Shown in pieces: positions 9,764 through 18,986 of a DNA stretch of 64,000 nucleotides. The stretch is from positions 48,270-112,269 of the forward strand of contig JAJZLS010000060.1 of assembly GCA_021803345.1 (NCBI GenBank), given 5' to 3'. Each line of letters starts with the position of its first letter. The stretch's first letter is position 1. The DNA is from Actinomycetes bacterium (GTDB lineage Bacteria > Actinomycetota > Acidimicrobiia > Acidimicrobiales > Acidimicrobiaceae). Both the position numbers and the translations under genes were made by a program. A model generated the notes under the pieces. It did no database searches, had not been told where the DNA came from, and was given only the letters and a program-made list of their open reading frames with translations.

Positions 9764-10549
9764 TTATTTCCCTTTGAATTCCGGTTTTCTCGATTCCATG
9801 AATGCCCTGACTCCTTCTTTGTAATCTCTGGATTCGAAACATTCTTTGGAGAGTCTGTAAATGGTTTTATAGTCTGGGCTGTCGGTTAGGCCAGAGAACT
9901 GGTTGGCCGTAAATTTTGAAGTTTTGACTGATAACGGAGCATTTTCAACGATTGTCCCAGTGATGGAATCCACAGCTTTATCCAGGTCGTCTTTGCTAAA
10001 AAGTTGTTCTACCAGCCCGATTTCTTTGGCCCGAGAGGCATCGATTCTGGATCCCGAAAATAGCAGATATTTGGCGTGCGACGCGCCCACCTGCTTCACA
10101 AGCCGTTCGATGGCCCGATAAGGATAGGCGGTACCTAGTCGGGCTGCCGGTATGGAAAAAGAAGACTCAGTTGAAGCTATCCTTAAATCGCATGCGAGAG
10201 CAAGCGAAAGACCTCCTCCAAGGCAGTATCCATGCACAAGTGCGATTACTGGAGTCGGGATTTCCAGCACAGCGCTTATTGCTTTTTCGGTCAGCTGGTC
10301 GTAGTCGCTTCCGCTTTCGGTTGCCTTCCTTTTCGACTCGAATTGGGAGATATCGGCTCCTGCTGCGAATGCTTCATATCCCCGGCCGCGCAATACGGTG
10401 ACCCTAATTTCGCTGTCTTGGGAGATCTTGCCAGCCAGGCTGGAAAGATCTTGCCACATTTCGGCAGTGATAGCATTGCGCTTTTTCGGGTTATTGAGGT
10501 AGAGAAAACCAACGTGGCTTTGCTTCTCAAAATCTACGGTTCCAGGCAT
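9764..10549 (-). CDS. Enoyl-CoA hydratase/isomerase (crotonase) family protein
   Basis: ORF trimmed to the ATG at 10549 (AAGGGG upstream). Crotonase-fold motifs are present (LNNPKKRNA, FAAGADI, HGYCLGGGLSLALACDLRIA). Confidence 0.9.
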   Translation of the reverse strand: MPGTVDFEKQSHVGFLYLNNPKKRNAITAEMWQDLSSLAGKISQDSEIRVTVLRGRGYEAFAAGADISQFESKRKATESGSDYDQLTEKAISAVLEIPTPVIALVHGYCLGGGLSLALACDLRIASTESSFSIPAARLGTAYPYRAIERLVKQVGASHAKYLLFSGSRIDASRAKEIGLVEQLFSKDDLDKAVDSITGTIVENAPLSVKTSKFTANQFSGLTDSPDYKTIYRLSKECFESRDYKEGVRAFMESRKPEFKGK

Positions 10550-10624
10550 CTCGACCCCTTTTTTACGCCAGCGCATTCAATTTAGGCAATGTTACAAAGT
10601 GTTTGACAGCTCTATTCGATTATT

Positions 10625-12928
10625 TCAAACTTCAACTGGCAGCTCTCGCTCCTGGGAGTGGAGAGACTCCTGGGTTTGGACCAGCTTGGAGGGCCACCAA
10701 TTGTACTTGCCAAGCAGTACTACCGTGGCCGGGACTATCAGGGTTCTGACCAAGAATGTGTCCATCAGTATTCCAAGTGCCAGGCCAAAGCCGATTTCTT
10801 GGACTTGGCTGTTTCCTCCGGAGGAGAATCCAAGTACTGTAAAAGTTCCGGCGAGTACCAGTCCGGCCGATGTGACTGTCGATCCGGTAGCGCTAATGGC
10901 AATTTTTACAGCTTCCTTAAGCGTCATGTTGTGAGCTTCTTCTCTGATTCTGGTCATCACCAGAATGTTATAGTCCTCGCCTAGCGCCAAAAGGAAAATG
11001 AATAACAGGAACGGCAGGATAAACGATAACCCTTTGTCCCCTCGAATATCGATAAATATCAGGACGTCTAAACCAAGGGCGGCAAGATAGGAGAGTACCA
11101 CCGAAACGACAAGATACAGAGGGGCTACCGCTGATCGAAGCACTATCGCAAGTAGCAACCCAATGATGACTACAACGATCGGGACGATTCTGAATAAGTC
11201 CGAATTCGAGGCCGCGGAGATATCGTAGCTGGCAGGAGCCTGGCCCGCTACCCCGCTTTGAATAGCACCGTAGCGTGTTCCTAATTGCGTCACTTGGCTT
11301 CTAATTCCCGGCACCGCGTTAAGTGCTGCGGTGGTAGAGGGGCTTCCCGCGGTCAGGCCAGTGGAAAATAACACAGTGTGTCCGCCTGCGGAGATGTACT
11401 GGAATTCTGATCGATAAGCCTGATAGTCCGCTTTGGTGATTCCACTGGCAAGAATGGCGCCACTTGGAACGGTTGGCAACAGTTTGGGATTCCCCAGTTG
11501 AGCGTGCAGCTTTGACAATTCGGCTGGGGTCAGCCGTGTACCAAGGGTATCAAATGGTCCGGAAAGTTTAGTGAATTGCGGAGAGGTGGCAACGGCATTT
11601 TCCAGATGATCGAGGTTAGCCAGATTATCCCATACAGGTTGTTTGAATTTATAAATTATCTGGGTTGGATTGAAATTTGAAGTTGGAAAGTATTTTTGAA
11701 GGATCTGGTTTCCGTAGTAGCTGTCAGTGCCTTTGGGCGACGTCGTAGCAGAAGAAAATCCAGACGGGCTGTTGCCTGCCGAAACGACAGCAAGGGCGCC
11801 AAAAAAGATTATCCCAATCGAAAGAGTAATTACTGGTTTAGCCACAGTTGAAGAAGCGATGCGGCCCCAGGTTCCTATCTTGTAGTTTCCGGGTTTGATA
11901 TTGCTTGGCCAAAATACCGCGCGTCCAAATATAGCCAACAGTGCTGGCAGGAGTGTTAGCCCAGCGATAAGCATAAGGCCTACACCAATGGCAAGCGGGT
12001 AGCCGAGGCCCCGGTAAAGTCCAAATTGAGCGGTTACTAGCGAAAGCAAAGCGGCTATTACAGTAGCGGCAGAGAACGTAATCGATTCCCCAACTTTGGA
12101 TAGGGCCACTGTGACTGCCTCTTTGGAGTCTCTTCCCCTCTTGAGTTCTTCTCGAATTCGAAATACCAGAAACAATCCATAGTCTGTCCCAGCTCCGAGC
12201 ACCAGCACTATCAGCAGAAGCTGGGTGATGAAGGATACCCCAAAGCCGGCTTTTGATGCCTCTGCCACGATTGGGCCGGCTACCAGCACCACAACCAAAG
12301 CAGGCAGAAGTGTGATTAATGGAGCCAAGAAGGCGCGGAATACCAGTGCCAATATCACAATGATTATCAAAACCGAGAAGTTTTGAGTATTGCTCGATTG
12401 GGTTCCATTTTGAGAGGCGGAATCGACTGCTGTGGCCGTTTGGCCGGCTAAGTGGACCTGAAATCCCTGGGGCATAGCTGTTGATTTCATCACTGAGCGG
12501 ATTTCGTTAACTACGTTTGTTATATGGGCAGTGTCGAAGGCAGAGGTACTGGATATTATTTCTGCTTGAATTGCATGATTGTCAGACGATATTCCGGAGA
12601 TTCTGGTGCTGAGCACTGTGGGTACTTTTTTTATATCTTTAGCCAGAGTAGAAAATGACGCCAGGTCTTGGCTGGTCATTTTGTTTTGAGTATTAGCTCC
12701 TACCAGAATTGTGATCGAATCATTGGAGTTCTGCAGTGGCTGAGCGAGTTTCGATGCGGTAATACTTGGCGAGTTTGCCGGTAAAAAAGCTTGATTGTTT
12801 GTTTTCACCACACTCGAAATCGACGGCAAGAATTTGATTGTGGCGAATGAGCCCAGCACCCAAATGATCACTATTAACCATCTGTAGTGGACAGAAAATT
12901 TTCCTAATTTTTCGAAGAATTTATTCAT
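10625..12928 (-). CDS. MMPL-family (RND superfamily) membrane transporter
   Basis: 767 aa. It shows two blocks of transmembrane helices, each followed by a soluble loop, and a repeated GxDYxxF motif (GTDYGLFLVFRIREE / GEDYNILVMTRIREE). Confidence 0.9.
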   Translation of the reverse strand: MNKFFEKLGKFSVHYRWLIVIIWVLGSFATIKFLPSISSVVKTNNQAFLPANSPSITASKLAQPLQNSNDSITILVGANTQNKMTSQDLASFSTLAKDIKKVPTVLSTRISGISSDNHAIQAEIISSTSAFDTAHITNVVNEIRSVMKSTAMPQGFQVHLAGQTATAVDSASQNGTQSSNTQNFSVLIIIVILALVFRAFLAPLITLLPALVVVLVAGPIVAEASKAGFGVSFITQLLLIVLVLGAGTDYGLFLVFRIREELKRGRDSKEAVTVALSKVGESITFSAATVIAALLSLVTAQFGLYRGLGYPLAIGVGLMLIAGLTLLPALLAIFGRAVFWPSNIKPGNYKIGTWGRIASSTVAKPVITLSIGIIFFGALAVVSAGNSPSGFSSATTSPKGTDSYYGNQILQKYFPTSNFNPTQIIYKFKQPVWDNLANLDHLENAVATSPQFTKLSGPFDTLGTRLTPAELSKLHAQLGNPKLLPTVPSGAILASGITKADYQAYRSEFQYISAGGHTVLFSTGLTAGSPSTTAALNAVPGIRSQVTQLGTRYGAIQSGVAGQAPASYDISAASNSDLFRIVPIVVVIIGLLLAIVLRSAVAPLYLVVSVVLSYLAALGLDVLIFIDIRGDKGLSFILPFLLFIFLLALGEDYNILVMTRIREEAHNMTLKEAVKIAISATGSTVTSAGLVLAGTFTVLGFSSGGNSQVQEIGFGLALGILMDTFLVRTLIVPATVVLLGKYNWWPSKLVQTQESLHSQERELPVEV

Positions 12929-13011
12929 CGGTTCTACTTTCGGCTCCGTGCTTTATCAGGCTATCGCACCTGTCTGTCTGGGATAACTGCGTTGCTTGAG
13001 ACTTGGTGTTA

Positions 13012-13497
13012 TCAATAATTTGTCGTATCGGTACTGGGGTCCATTGCCTGGATTAGGTGGTGAATATCTTCAATCAATGCCTGCGCTCTTTTAGCACCCA
13101 AGCTCTGAAGGCCAATTTTAAGTTTTTCCATCTTCAGCGCAATTGTTTCTTCCACCATTGGCCGCACACGCTCGGATATCGAAACTATTGTTCTACGATG
13201 GTCAGTTGGGTCTTCTTCCCGTTCCACCAAACCGGCATTTGCCATCTGCGTGACCGAAAGACTAGCCGTGGTGAGCGTCACTCCCAATAAGGATGCCAAG
13301 TCGCTCACAGACATATTGCCTTTGGTCGATAAATAAAAAAGAGCCAGAAGGTGACGTGGTGCCGGTGGATCAGCTTGGTCTGTAAAACCAGTTGTTCCAG
13401 ACGGACGTAGATATCGGGCCAGAGTGAACAGGCTCATAAGGAGATCCTGAGCATTTTCCGTATCGACGTCTGTTTGGTTTTTCGGGTGGGCCGGCAT
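13012..13497 (-). CDS. MarR-family transcriptional regulator (upstream of the MMPL gene)
   Basis: 161 aa with a wHTH core (MSVSDLASLLGVTLTTASLSVTQMANAGLVEREEDPTDHRR). It is on the same strand as, and immediately upstream of, the MMPL gene. Confidence 0.8.
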   Translation of the reverse strand: MPAHPKNQTDVDTENAQDLLMSLFTLARYLRPSGTTGFTDQADPPAPRHLLALFYLSTKGNMSVSDLASLLGVTLTTASLSVTQMANAGLVEREEDPTDHRRTIVSISERVRPMVEETIALKMEKLKIGLQSLGAKRAQALIEDIHHLIQAMDPSTDTTNY

Positions 13498-13617
13498 ATT
13501 AACTCACTTAAGTTTTATTTTGTAACTAACACTATTTTATCAACAAAAGTTAAATAATGCGCCAGGATATTTTGGGTTATTTCGAAAGTGGATTTTGAAA
13601 TAGGTTCAGATTGTTTC

Positions 13618-14037
13618 TTAATCCAGCTTTAACTTTGGAATTTCTATTCTGGGGCATCGGTCCATTACAACTTGCAGTCCGGAAGCGGAAGCCACTTCAA
13701 CAGCTTCGTAATTTATCACACCAAGCTGAAACCAAATTGCCTTGGCACCTATTTCGATGGCCTCTAGGGTGATCCCCATAACGTCATCTGCTCGTCTGAA
13801 GACGTCAACGACTTCTATCTCTACGGTTTTGGCGGCTTCAGTCAGACTTGGGTAGCATTTTAGGGAATTCACCTCTGAGTAGTTCGGATTTATTGGGATT
13901 ACGCTGTAGCCGGATTGGCCAAGGTACTCAAGCACCCCGGAGCTGGGTCTTGAACTATTTTGAGATGCGCCGACTACTGCCCAATTTTTAAAAGTTGTAA
14001 GTATCTCAAGAATTGTTTCGTTTTGGGGCGATTCCAC
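13618..14037 (-). CDS. CoA-binding domain protein (YccU/YneT-like)
   Basis: 139 aa. WAVVGAS...RPS...YL...GY.VIPINP and the following pattern are typical of the CoA_binding_2 family. Confidence 0.85.
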   Translation of the reverse strand: MESPQNETILEILTTFKNWAVVGASQNSSRPSSGVLEYLGQSGYSVIPINPNYSEVNSLKCYPSLTEAAKTVEIEVVDVFRRADDVMGITLEAIEIGAKAIWFQLGVINYEAVEVASASGLQVVMDRCPRIEIPKLKLD

Positions 14038-14171
14038 TTAATAGAAGATAGCATCACCAAGTCCCTTATCTTAAACCATGGTTGCCGAACCTATGGTCTG
14101 GGGTATGGCAAGCTGTTAGCTAAAGGTAAATTCACAACTACAGTGCGGGTCACTCAGCCTTTGACCTTCTT

Positions 14172-15122
14172 TCAAAGGGACACAGTCGCGATCCATAGGG
14201 CAAAAACCACTATTAGGCTCCAGCCTTCCTTCTTGCTCAGACGACGTTGCGATGACAAAAAGTACCAGGCCAGTAGCGACGCAGCAATCATAAAACCCAC
14301 TTCAAGTTGCAAGTGACGAATATGGAGAATATCGGGTGAAATCGTTCCGGCAATTCCAGCAACCCCTGTGGCATTGAATAAATTTGCTCCGAATACGTTG
14401 CCGATTACCAGGTCGCTCTGACCTCGTCGGGCTGCAGCAAAGGCTGTTACCCATTCTGGCAATGAAGTTCCCAACGCAACTATGGTGACGCCGATCAATG
14501 CCGGGGCTAACCCGAGTGACTTGGCTAAGTTTGTAGCTGAAATAACTAATAATTCTGCGCTGACCAATACTGCAGCTAGCCCAGCCAGCGTGATAACCAT
14601 TGATTTTTTCAGGCTCCAGTTGATGCTATGCTCGATTTGAGCCACTTCTCGCTCTAATTCAAGATTGACATTATCTTTAGTCTTAGCCTGGCGAATCATT
14701 AAGAACGAAAATACTGCCAGTCCAACTAACAGGATGATATAGCCAATCCGATTTTGCCACAGCACAATAACCAGGCTGAATGCAAGTACTGCTGCCACTT
14801 GGGAGAGACCCTCCCGCTTTAGAACCGAGGAGGAGATAGCCGGAGCGCTAATGGCCCCAAGTGTTCCAAGCACAAGAGTCGAATTTATAACTGTGGATCC
14901 GATCACACTGCTTATCCCCAGAGCTGGATTTCCACGAATAGACGCCAGGACGGCTGTCATGAGTTCAGGCAGTCCTGTACCGAACCCAACTATTACTACT
15001 CCAATCAACAGCGGAGAGACCCTGGCCAGTTCGGCAGACCGTGCTGCACCCAGTACAAATCTGTCGGCGCTCACTGCAATGATTACCAGCGACGCTGCGA
15101 GTAGAAGGAGATTCAGAAGCAA
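14172..15122 (-). CDS. Sodium/calcium exchanger (CaCA family) membrane protein
   Basis: 316 aa, polytopic, with two alpha-repeat motifs (GTGLPELMT and GTSLPEWVT). Confidence 0.9.
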   Translation of the reverse strand: MLLNLLLLAASLVIIAVSADRFVLGAARSAELARVSPLLIGVVIVGFGTGLPELMTAVLASIRGNPALGISSVIGSTVINSTLVLGTLGAISAPAISSSVLKREGLSQVAAVLAFSLVIVLWQNRIGYIILLVGLAVFSFLMIRQAKTKDNVNLELEREVAQIEHSINWSLKKSMVITLAGLAAVLVSAELLVISATNLAKSLGLAPALIGVTIVALGTSLPEWVTAFAAARRGQSDLVIGNVFGANLFNATGVAGIAGTISPDILHIRHLQLEVGFMIAASLLAWYFLSSQRRLSKKEGWSLIVVFALWIATVSL

Positions 15123-15303
15123 TATTTTGTCCTAGATTCGATGCTTTGAGATTATTGCTACCAAGTTGTTTTCATCTAGCAGCCAGATTACACCGCAGTG
15201 GGTTCGCTCGAGGCGGAATCACAGCTCATTAATGCGTACGGGAAATTGGCAGGTACATTTGCCAGAGTAAAGCCATTGGACGTAACCATGCTGTTTTGCT
15301 ATT

Positions 15304-15822
15304 TTGTTATTTCCAGAGATCCTGGCGAAGGCGACTGCAGAAAAATTGGTGGAAGGAAATGAATTGATAAACGCTGTTTCCAACAGTTCAGTAAACGGAT
15401 ATGTCCTGATTGCAATTTTAGTCCTGTTTTGGGGTGGTGCTATTTTATGGGGCCGCAAGTCAAGAACTGTAACTACAGTGCACCTTGATGGACCACTTGT
15501 GGTGGTGACCTTGCTGGGGCCGGCTAAGGTGCTTTCGCTGCGCAGACAGGTGACTTTTCCGTTGGCCTCGGTGGTCAGTGTTGTCTCTACGCCAAATGTT
15601 TTTGGCAAAGGAGGGTCATTCACGAGGAGAATTGGTTCGATCACAATTCCAACATTTTTTCGCGTGGGTTCGTTCCGGGGGGCCAGGAATCAAGGGGCCT
15701 CGTTCTGGGCCTGTTTTCGGGGCGAGTCAGCAGTTACGATCGAGCTCACCGGAGAGAAGTACCGATTTGTGGTCCTTGATGTAGAAGATCCCAACCAGGT
15801 TGTAAGCCTGCTCAAAGGCTGA
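15304..15822 (+). CDS. Small membrane-anchored protein with a bacterial PH-like domain (hypothetical)
   Basis: 172-aa ORF with one TM helix (YVLIAILVLFWGGAILWG) followed by a beta-rich region. The overlapping antisense ORF 15219..15644 looks like a shadow. The start is uncertain (TTG candidates). Confidence 0.5.
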   Translation: MLFPEILAKATAEKLVEGNELINAVSNSSVNGYVLIAILVLFWGGAILWGRKSRTVTTVHLDGPLVVVTLLGPAKVLSLRRQVTFPLASVVSVVSTPNVFGKGGSFTRRIGSITIPTFFRVGSFRGARNQGASFWACFRGESAVTIELTGEKYRFVVLDVEDPNQVVSLLKG

Positions 15823-15840
15823 TAGCTATTTGCAAACTAG

Positions 15841-17220
15841 CTACATGGGAGAATTTGCGTGTTTAGAAGGCCTGATCCGTTCCTTCTTGGCAATCAGCAA
15901 TTCAAGAGATTGAGATATTTTCACACGGGTTTCGATCGGATCGATTACCGCATCGACGAATCCCCGCTCTGCGGCAATCCATGGGGTCAAGTACGTTTCC
16001 TGATAGGTATTTTGATATGACGCCCTCTCCTCATCAGAAGCCCGGCGCATAAGAATTTGTGCTGCGCCCTGGGCTCCCATCACAGCAATTTCAGCTTGCG
16101 GCCATGCAAATACCATGTCGGATCCCATGCCTTTTGAATCCATTACGATATAGGCGCCTCCATAGGCCTTTCTTAGAATTACGCAAATCCTGGGTACCCC
16201 GCACGCTGCATAAGCAAAGGCGAGTTCGGCTCCATGCCTTATCATTCCCCGCCATTCGATGTCTTTCCCGGGAAGAAATCCTGGAGTATCCACTAGGGTA
16301 ATAAGCGGCAGGTTGAACGCATCGCAGAATCGAACGAACCTGGCTCCTTTTTGCGACGCCTGAATGTCTAGAGTCCCTGCCATTGCCTGGGGCTGGTTGG
16401 CGATCATTCCTACCGATCTTCCTCCGATTCGGGCAAGCGCAGTTACGAGTTGGGGAGCCCATTTTGCTCTGAGTTCCAGAAACTCGCCTTCATCTGAGAT
16501 TTCCTCGATTACGTTTCTAATATCGTATGAACCGGTTGGCGAGGCAGGAATGATATCAGACAAACTTTCGCAGATGCGTTCTGGGGGATCATCGCTCTGA
16601 AGTCTTTTTGGTAAAGCATCTGTCGAATTTGGCAGGTAGCTTAGCACTTCTGCAATTTTGTCGAATAGCTCCGACTCGTCGGCAACTTCCAAGTAGCTGA
16701 CCCCGGATTTTGAAGCCTGGACGTGAGACCCGCCTAAGTCGGCATTAGTAGTTTTGACTCCGGTAAATCCCTCCACCATTCGGGGACCCGATACAAATGC
16801 GTAAGAATCAGGAGTGGTGATCACCACATCGGCGAGCCCGAGAAGTAGTGCCGGCCCTGATAGCGCAGGACCGGTTAAGCCTATTATGATTGGCACGATT
16901 CCAGAGATATCGGCTATAGCTTTAGCTGCGCGGCCCCATCCAGAAAGAGCGGGAACTCCATCTGAAATAGATGCTCCAGAGGTGGCAAGAACCATTATGA
17001 AGGGGATCCCATTGCTCCTGGCCAATTTTGCCGCCGTAACGATTTTGGGTCCATCCTCTTCTCGGAGAGCCCCTCGCTGGGGTCCCGGATTTGAAAATAC
17101 CGCAACTACTTTTCTGTTATCAATTTGGGTAATGGACAGACGGGTTGAACCAGGAACTCGGTTCAGTAACCCAAGTAGCGAAGATGGTCTAGAGCTCGGA
17201 TTGTCAGTACTGATAGTCAC
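15841..17220 (-). CDS. Acyl-CoA carboxylase carboxyltransferase (beta) subunit
   Basis: 459 aa with a carboxyl-transferase fold. Motifs include TSGASISDG, DTPGFLPGKDIEWRGMIRHGA and RKAYGGAYIVM. Confidence 0.9.
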   Translation of the reverse strand: MTISTDNPSSRPSSLLGLLNRVPGSTRLSITQIDNRKVVAVFSNPGPQRGALREEDGPKIVTAAKLARSNGIPFIMVLATSGASISDGVPALSGWGRAAKAIADISGIVPIIIGLTGPALSGPALLLGLADVVITTPDSYAFVSGPRMVEGFTGVKTTNADLGGSHVQASKSGVSYLEVADESELFDKIAEVLSYLPNSTDALPKRLQSDDPPERICESLSDIIPASPTGSYDIRNVIEEISDEGEFLELRAKWAPQLVTALARIGGRSVGMIANQPQAMAGTLDIQASQKGARFVRFCDAFNLPLITLVDTPGFLPGKDIEWRGMIRHGAELAFAYAACGVPRICVILRKAYGGAYIVMDSKGMGSDMVFAWPQAEIAVMGAQGAAQILMRRASDEERASYQNTYQETYLTPWIAAERGFVDAVIDPIETRVKISQSLELLIAKKERIRPSKHANSPM

Positions 17221-17277
17221 GTCTTACCCCTGAGTGTTGTTGATGAAATTCTATGACGCAATAGGTCTGCTTGTGGC

Positions 17278-17427
17278 GGGTTTTGAAACCCTGGGATAAA
17301 TAATTGGACCATTTACCTCGATCGTTTCGCTTTTGGTCAGGGGAAATGGTTATGGGATCAAATAAATCGATTTCAAAACTGCTAGAGCCATTACGGGGGT
17401 TTGAATCTAAAAATCGGTTTTGAAACT
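17278..17427. promoter_or_regulatory. Cluster of GTTT(T)GAAA(C/T) motif copies in a divergent intergenic region
   Basis: Read directly. Copies are gggttttgaaaccc 17278-17291, gatttcaaaac 17369-17379 (inverted), ggtttgaatc 17398-17407 (one T short) and ggttttgaaact 17416-17427. Function is not known. Confidence 0.35.
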
Positions 17428-17461
17428 TAGTTGCCTGGACCTCTTATGTGAGAAATACCTG

Positions 17462-18562
17462 ATGGTGCGCGAGCCAGCTACAGCCGTTAGGATTCCCACT
17501 ATGTCGATCAAAAATCCACAGCGGCACCCTAGCAGGCTACGAGCCTTGCTGGGGATCATATGGGTGCTTGCGGCTGTGGCAGCGGCTGTGTTGGTTCTAA
17601 AGAGCCAGAGCGGAGAGCTTTCCGGAATAGGTTCAGTACTTTCCCACCTAAAGGAGTATTACCTACTCCCATCCTTGCTGCTTGAATGTGGTTCAATGGC
17701 CGCATACGCCCAAATGATAAGGTCGATGTTGAAAGTTGGTGGGGTTGACAGTGGGTTCTGGAGGATGTCAGGTATTTTTCTTGCCTCTAATTCAATCACC
17801 AATTCCATTCCAGGAGGTCCTGCATTTGCCTCGGTGTATTCATACCGAAGGTTTCGGATCATTGGTGCCAGTGAGGGACTGGCTGGCTGGTCCATCTTTG
17901 CTTCCAACGTGCTTGCGGCATTTTCACTCCTTCTGATTGCGGGTGTGGGGCTAGTTGTTTCCGAAGGTAATGCGTCTGGAGTATCTCTAGTCGGATCGAT
18001 TTTGATTGTGACGGCTATAGTTCTGATTGCTCTAATAATTGTTGCCCGACCGATCGCACTTATGAGTGTTACGGTTGTGGTGTTGAGAAGCCTCGAAACG
18101 AGACTCGCAAAATCCTGGAATCTTACCAACAAGATACTTGAGCTGCGGGAAGATATTTCTAAGATATCACCATCGCCGGCCATGCTTGCAAAAGGATTTT
18201 TATGGGGTCTTTTGAACTGGGTGCTCGATGCCTCAGTGCTTGTATGCGCCTATTTAGCGACTGGTTCGCCTATCCCCTTTGAAGGACTGCTGATCGCATA
18301 TAGTGCCGGGCAGTTGGCTGCCAACTTTCCAATAACGCCAGGGGGGCTGGGGGTGGTCGAAGGATCTATCTCTATTGCGCTTATAGCTTTTGGGGGAAAT
18401 CAGCAAGACGCCATAGCAGCGGTGCTTCTGTATCGAGTGTTTAGTTTTTGGATGTGGCTACTCCCTGGATTTGGCTGCTATGCCGGATTTAGGATGGCAG
18501 ACGTTCGGCATTCAAGAGTTTCCTCAGAATCACGAATTGCAAAAGTAGGGGAGGCAGACTGA
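17462..18562 (+). CDS. Flippase-like / lysylphosphatidylglycerol-synthase TM-region family membrane protein (UPF0104)
   Basis: ORF 17420..18562. It is polytopic and has the PITPGGLGVVEGS motif near the C-terminus. The start is ambiguous (TTG 17420, ATG 17462, ATG 17501). Confidence 0.7.
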   Translation: MVREPATAVRIPTMSIKNPQRHPSRLRALLGIIWVLAAVAAAVLVLKSQSGELSGIGSVLSHLKEYYLLPSLLLECGSMAAYAQMIRSMLKVGGVDSGFWRMSGIFLASNSITNSIPGGPAFASVYSYRRFRIIGASEGLAGWSIFASNVLAAFSLLLIAGVGLVVSEGNASGVSLVGSILIVTAIVLIALIIVARPIALMSVTVVVLRSLETRLAKSWNLTNKILELREDISKISPSPAMLAKGFLWGLLNWVLDASVLVCAYLATGSPIPFEGLLIAYSAGQLAANFPITPGGLGVVEGSISIALIAFGGNQQDAIAAVLLYRVFSFWMWLLPGFGCYAGFRMADVRHSRVSSESRIAKVGEAD

Positions 18563-18563
18563 G

Positions 18564-18986
18564 GTGTTGTTCAAAGCAGTGGTTACCGGAAATTGGCGCA
18601 AGAGGAAAACGCTGTTAGGGCTATTGGCTGCCAGTATTGCTCTGAGCGCATGCGGCGGAGGGAGACCAGAATTTGGAACCGGAGCTACGCCATGCTTTCA
18701 AGCTCTGCCAATTGCCAAGCATGCTGTGCCAATTTCCAAAACTTTCATAGGGGTGCGGCTCATTTCCAGTAAAGCTATTGAGAGGAAACTCTCAATAAGC
18801 CTTCCCGGCAATCAAAAGAATGTATGTCTGGTTGCTTTTAAAAACCAGGTGGGTAAACAGAGCTTGCCACCTGGTTATCGTCGATATAGTTTGGTCACGG
18901 TGTCTTTAACCAGCAAGTCTGTTTTGAAAACAACGCAGGTTAATAAATTGCCGATTGATTTTCGGCACAATCTATCGATTAGTTAG
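18564..18986 (+). CDS. Putative lipoprotein (hypothetical)
   Basis: 140 aa, with a GTG start 1 nt after the upstream stop. It has a signal peptide with a lipobox (LLAASIALSACGG). I recognise no family. Confidence 0.5.
   Translation: MLFKAVVTGNWRKRKTLLGLLAASIALSACGGGRPEFGTGATPCFQALPIAKHAVPISKTFIGVRLISSKAIERKLSISLPGNQKNVCLVAFKNQVGKQSLPPGYRRYSLVTVSLTSKSVLKTTQVNKLPIDFRHNLSIS

Noticed and set aside
15194-15206. A 13-mer, CGCAGTGGGTTCG, shared by two intergenic regions (15194-15206 and 38784-38796), each upstream of a plus-strand gene.
   Set aside because: Single 13-mer coincidences are expected in a 64-kb window. The flanks do not align, and I found no third copy.
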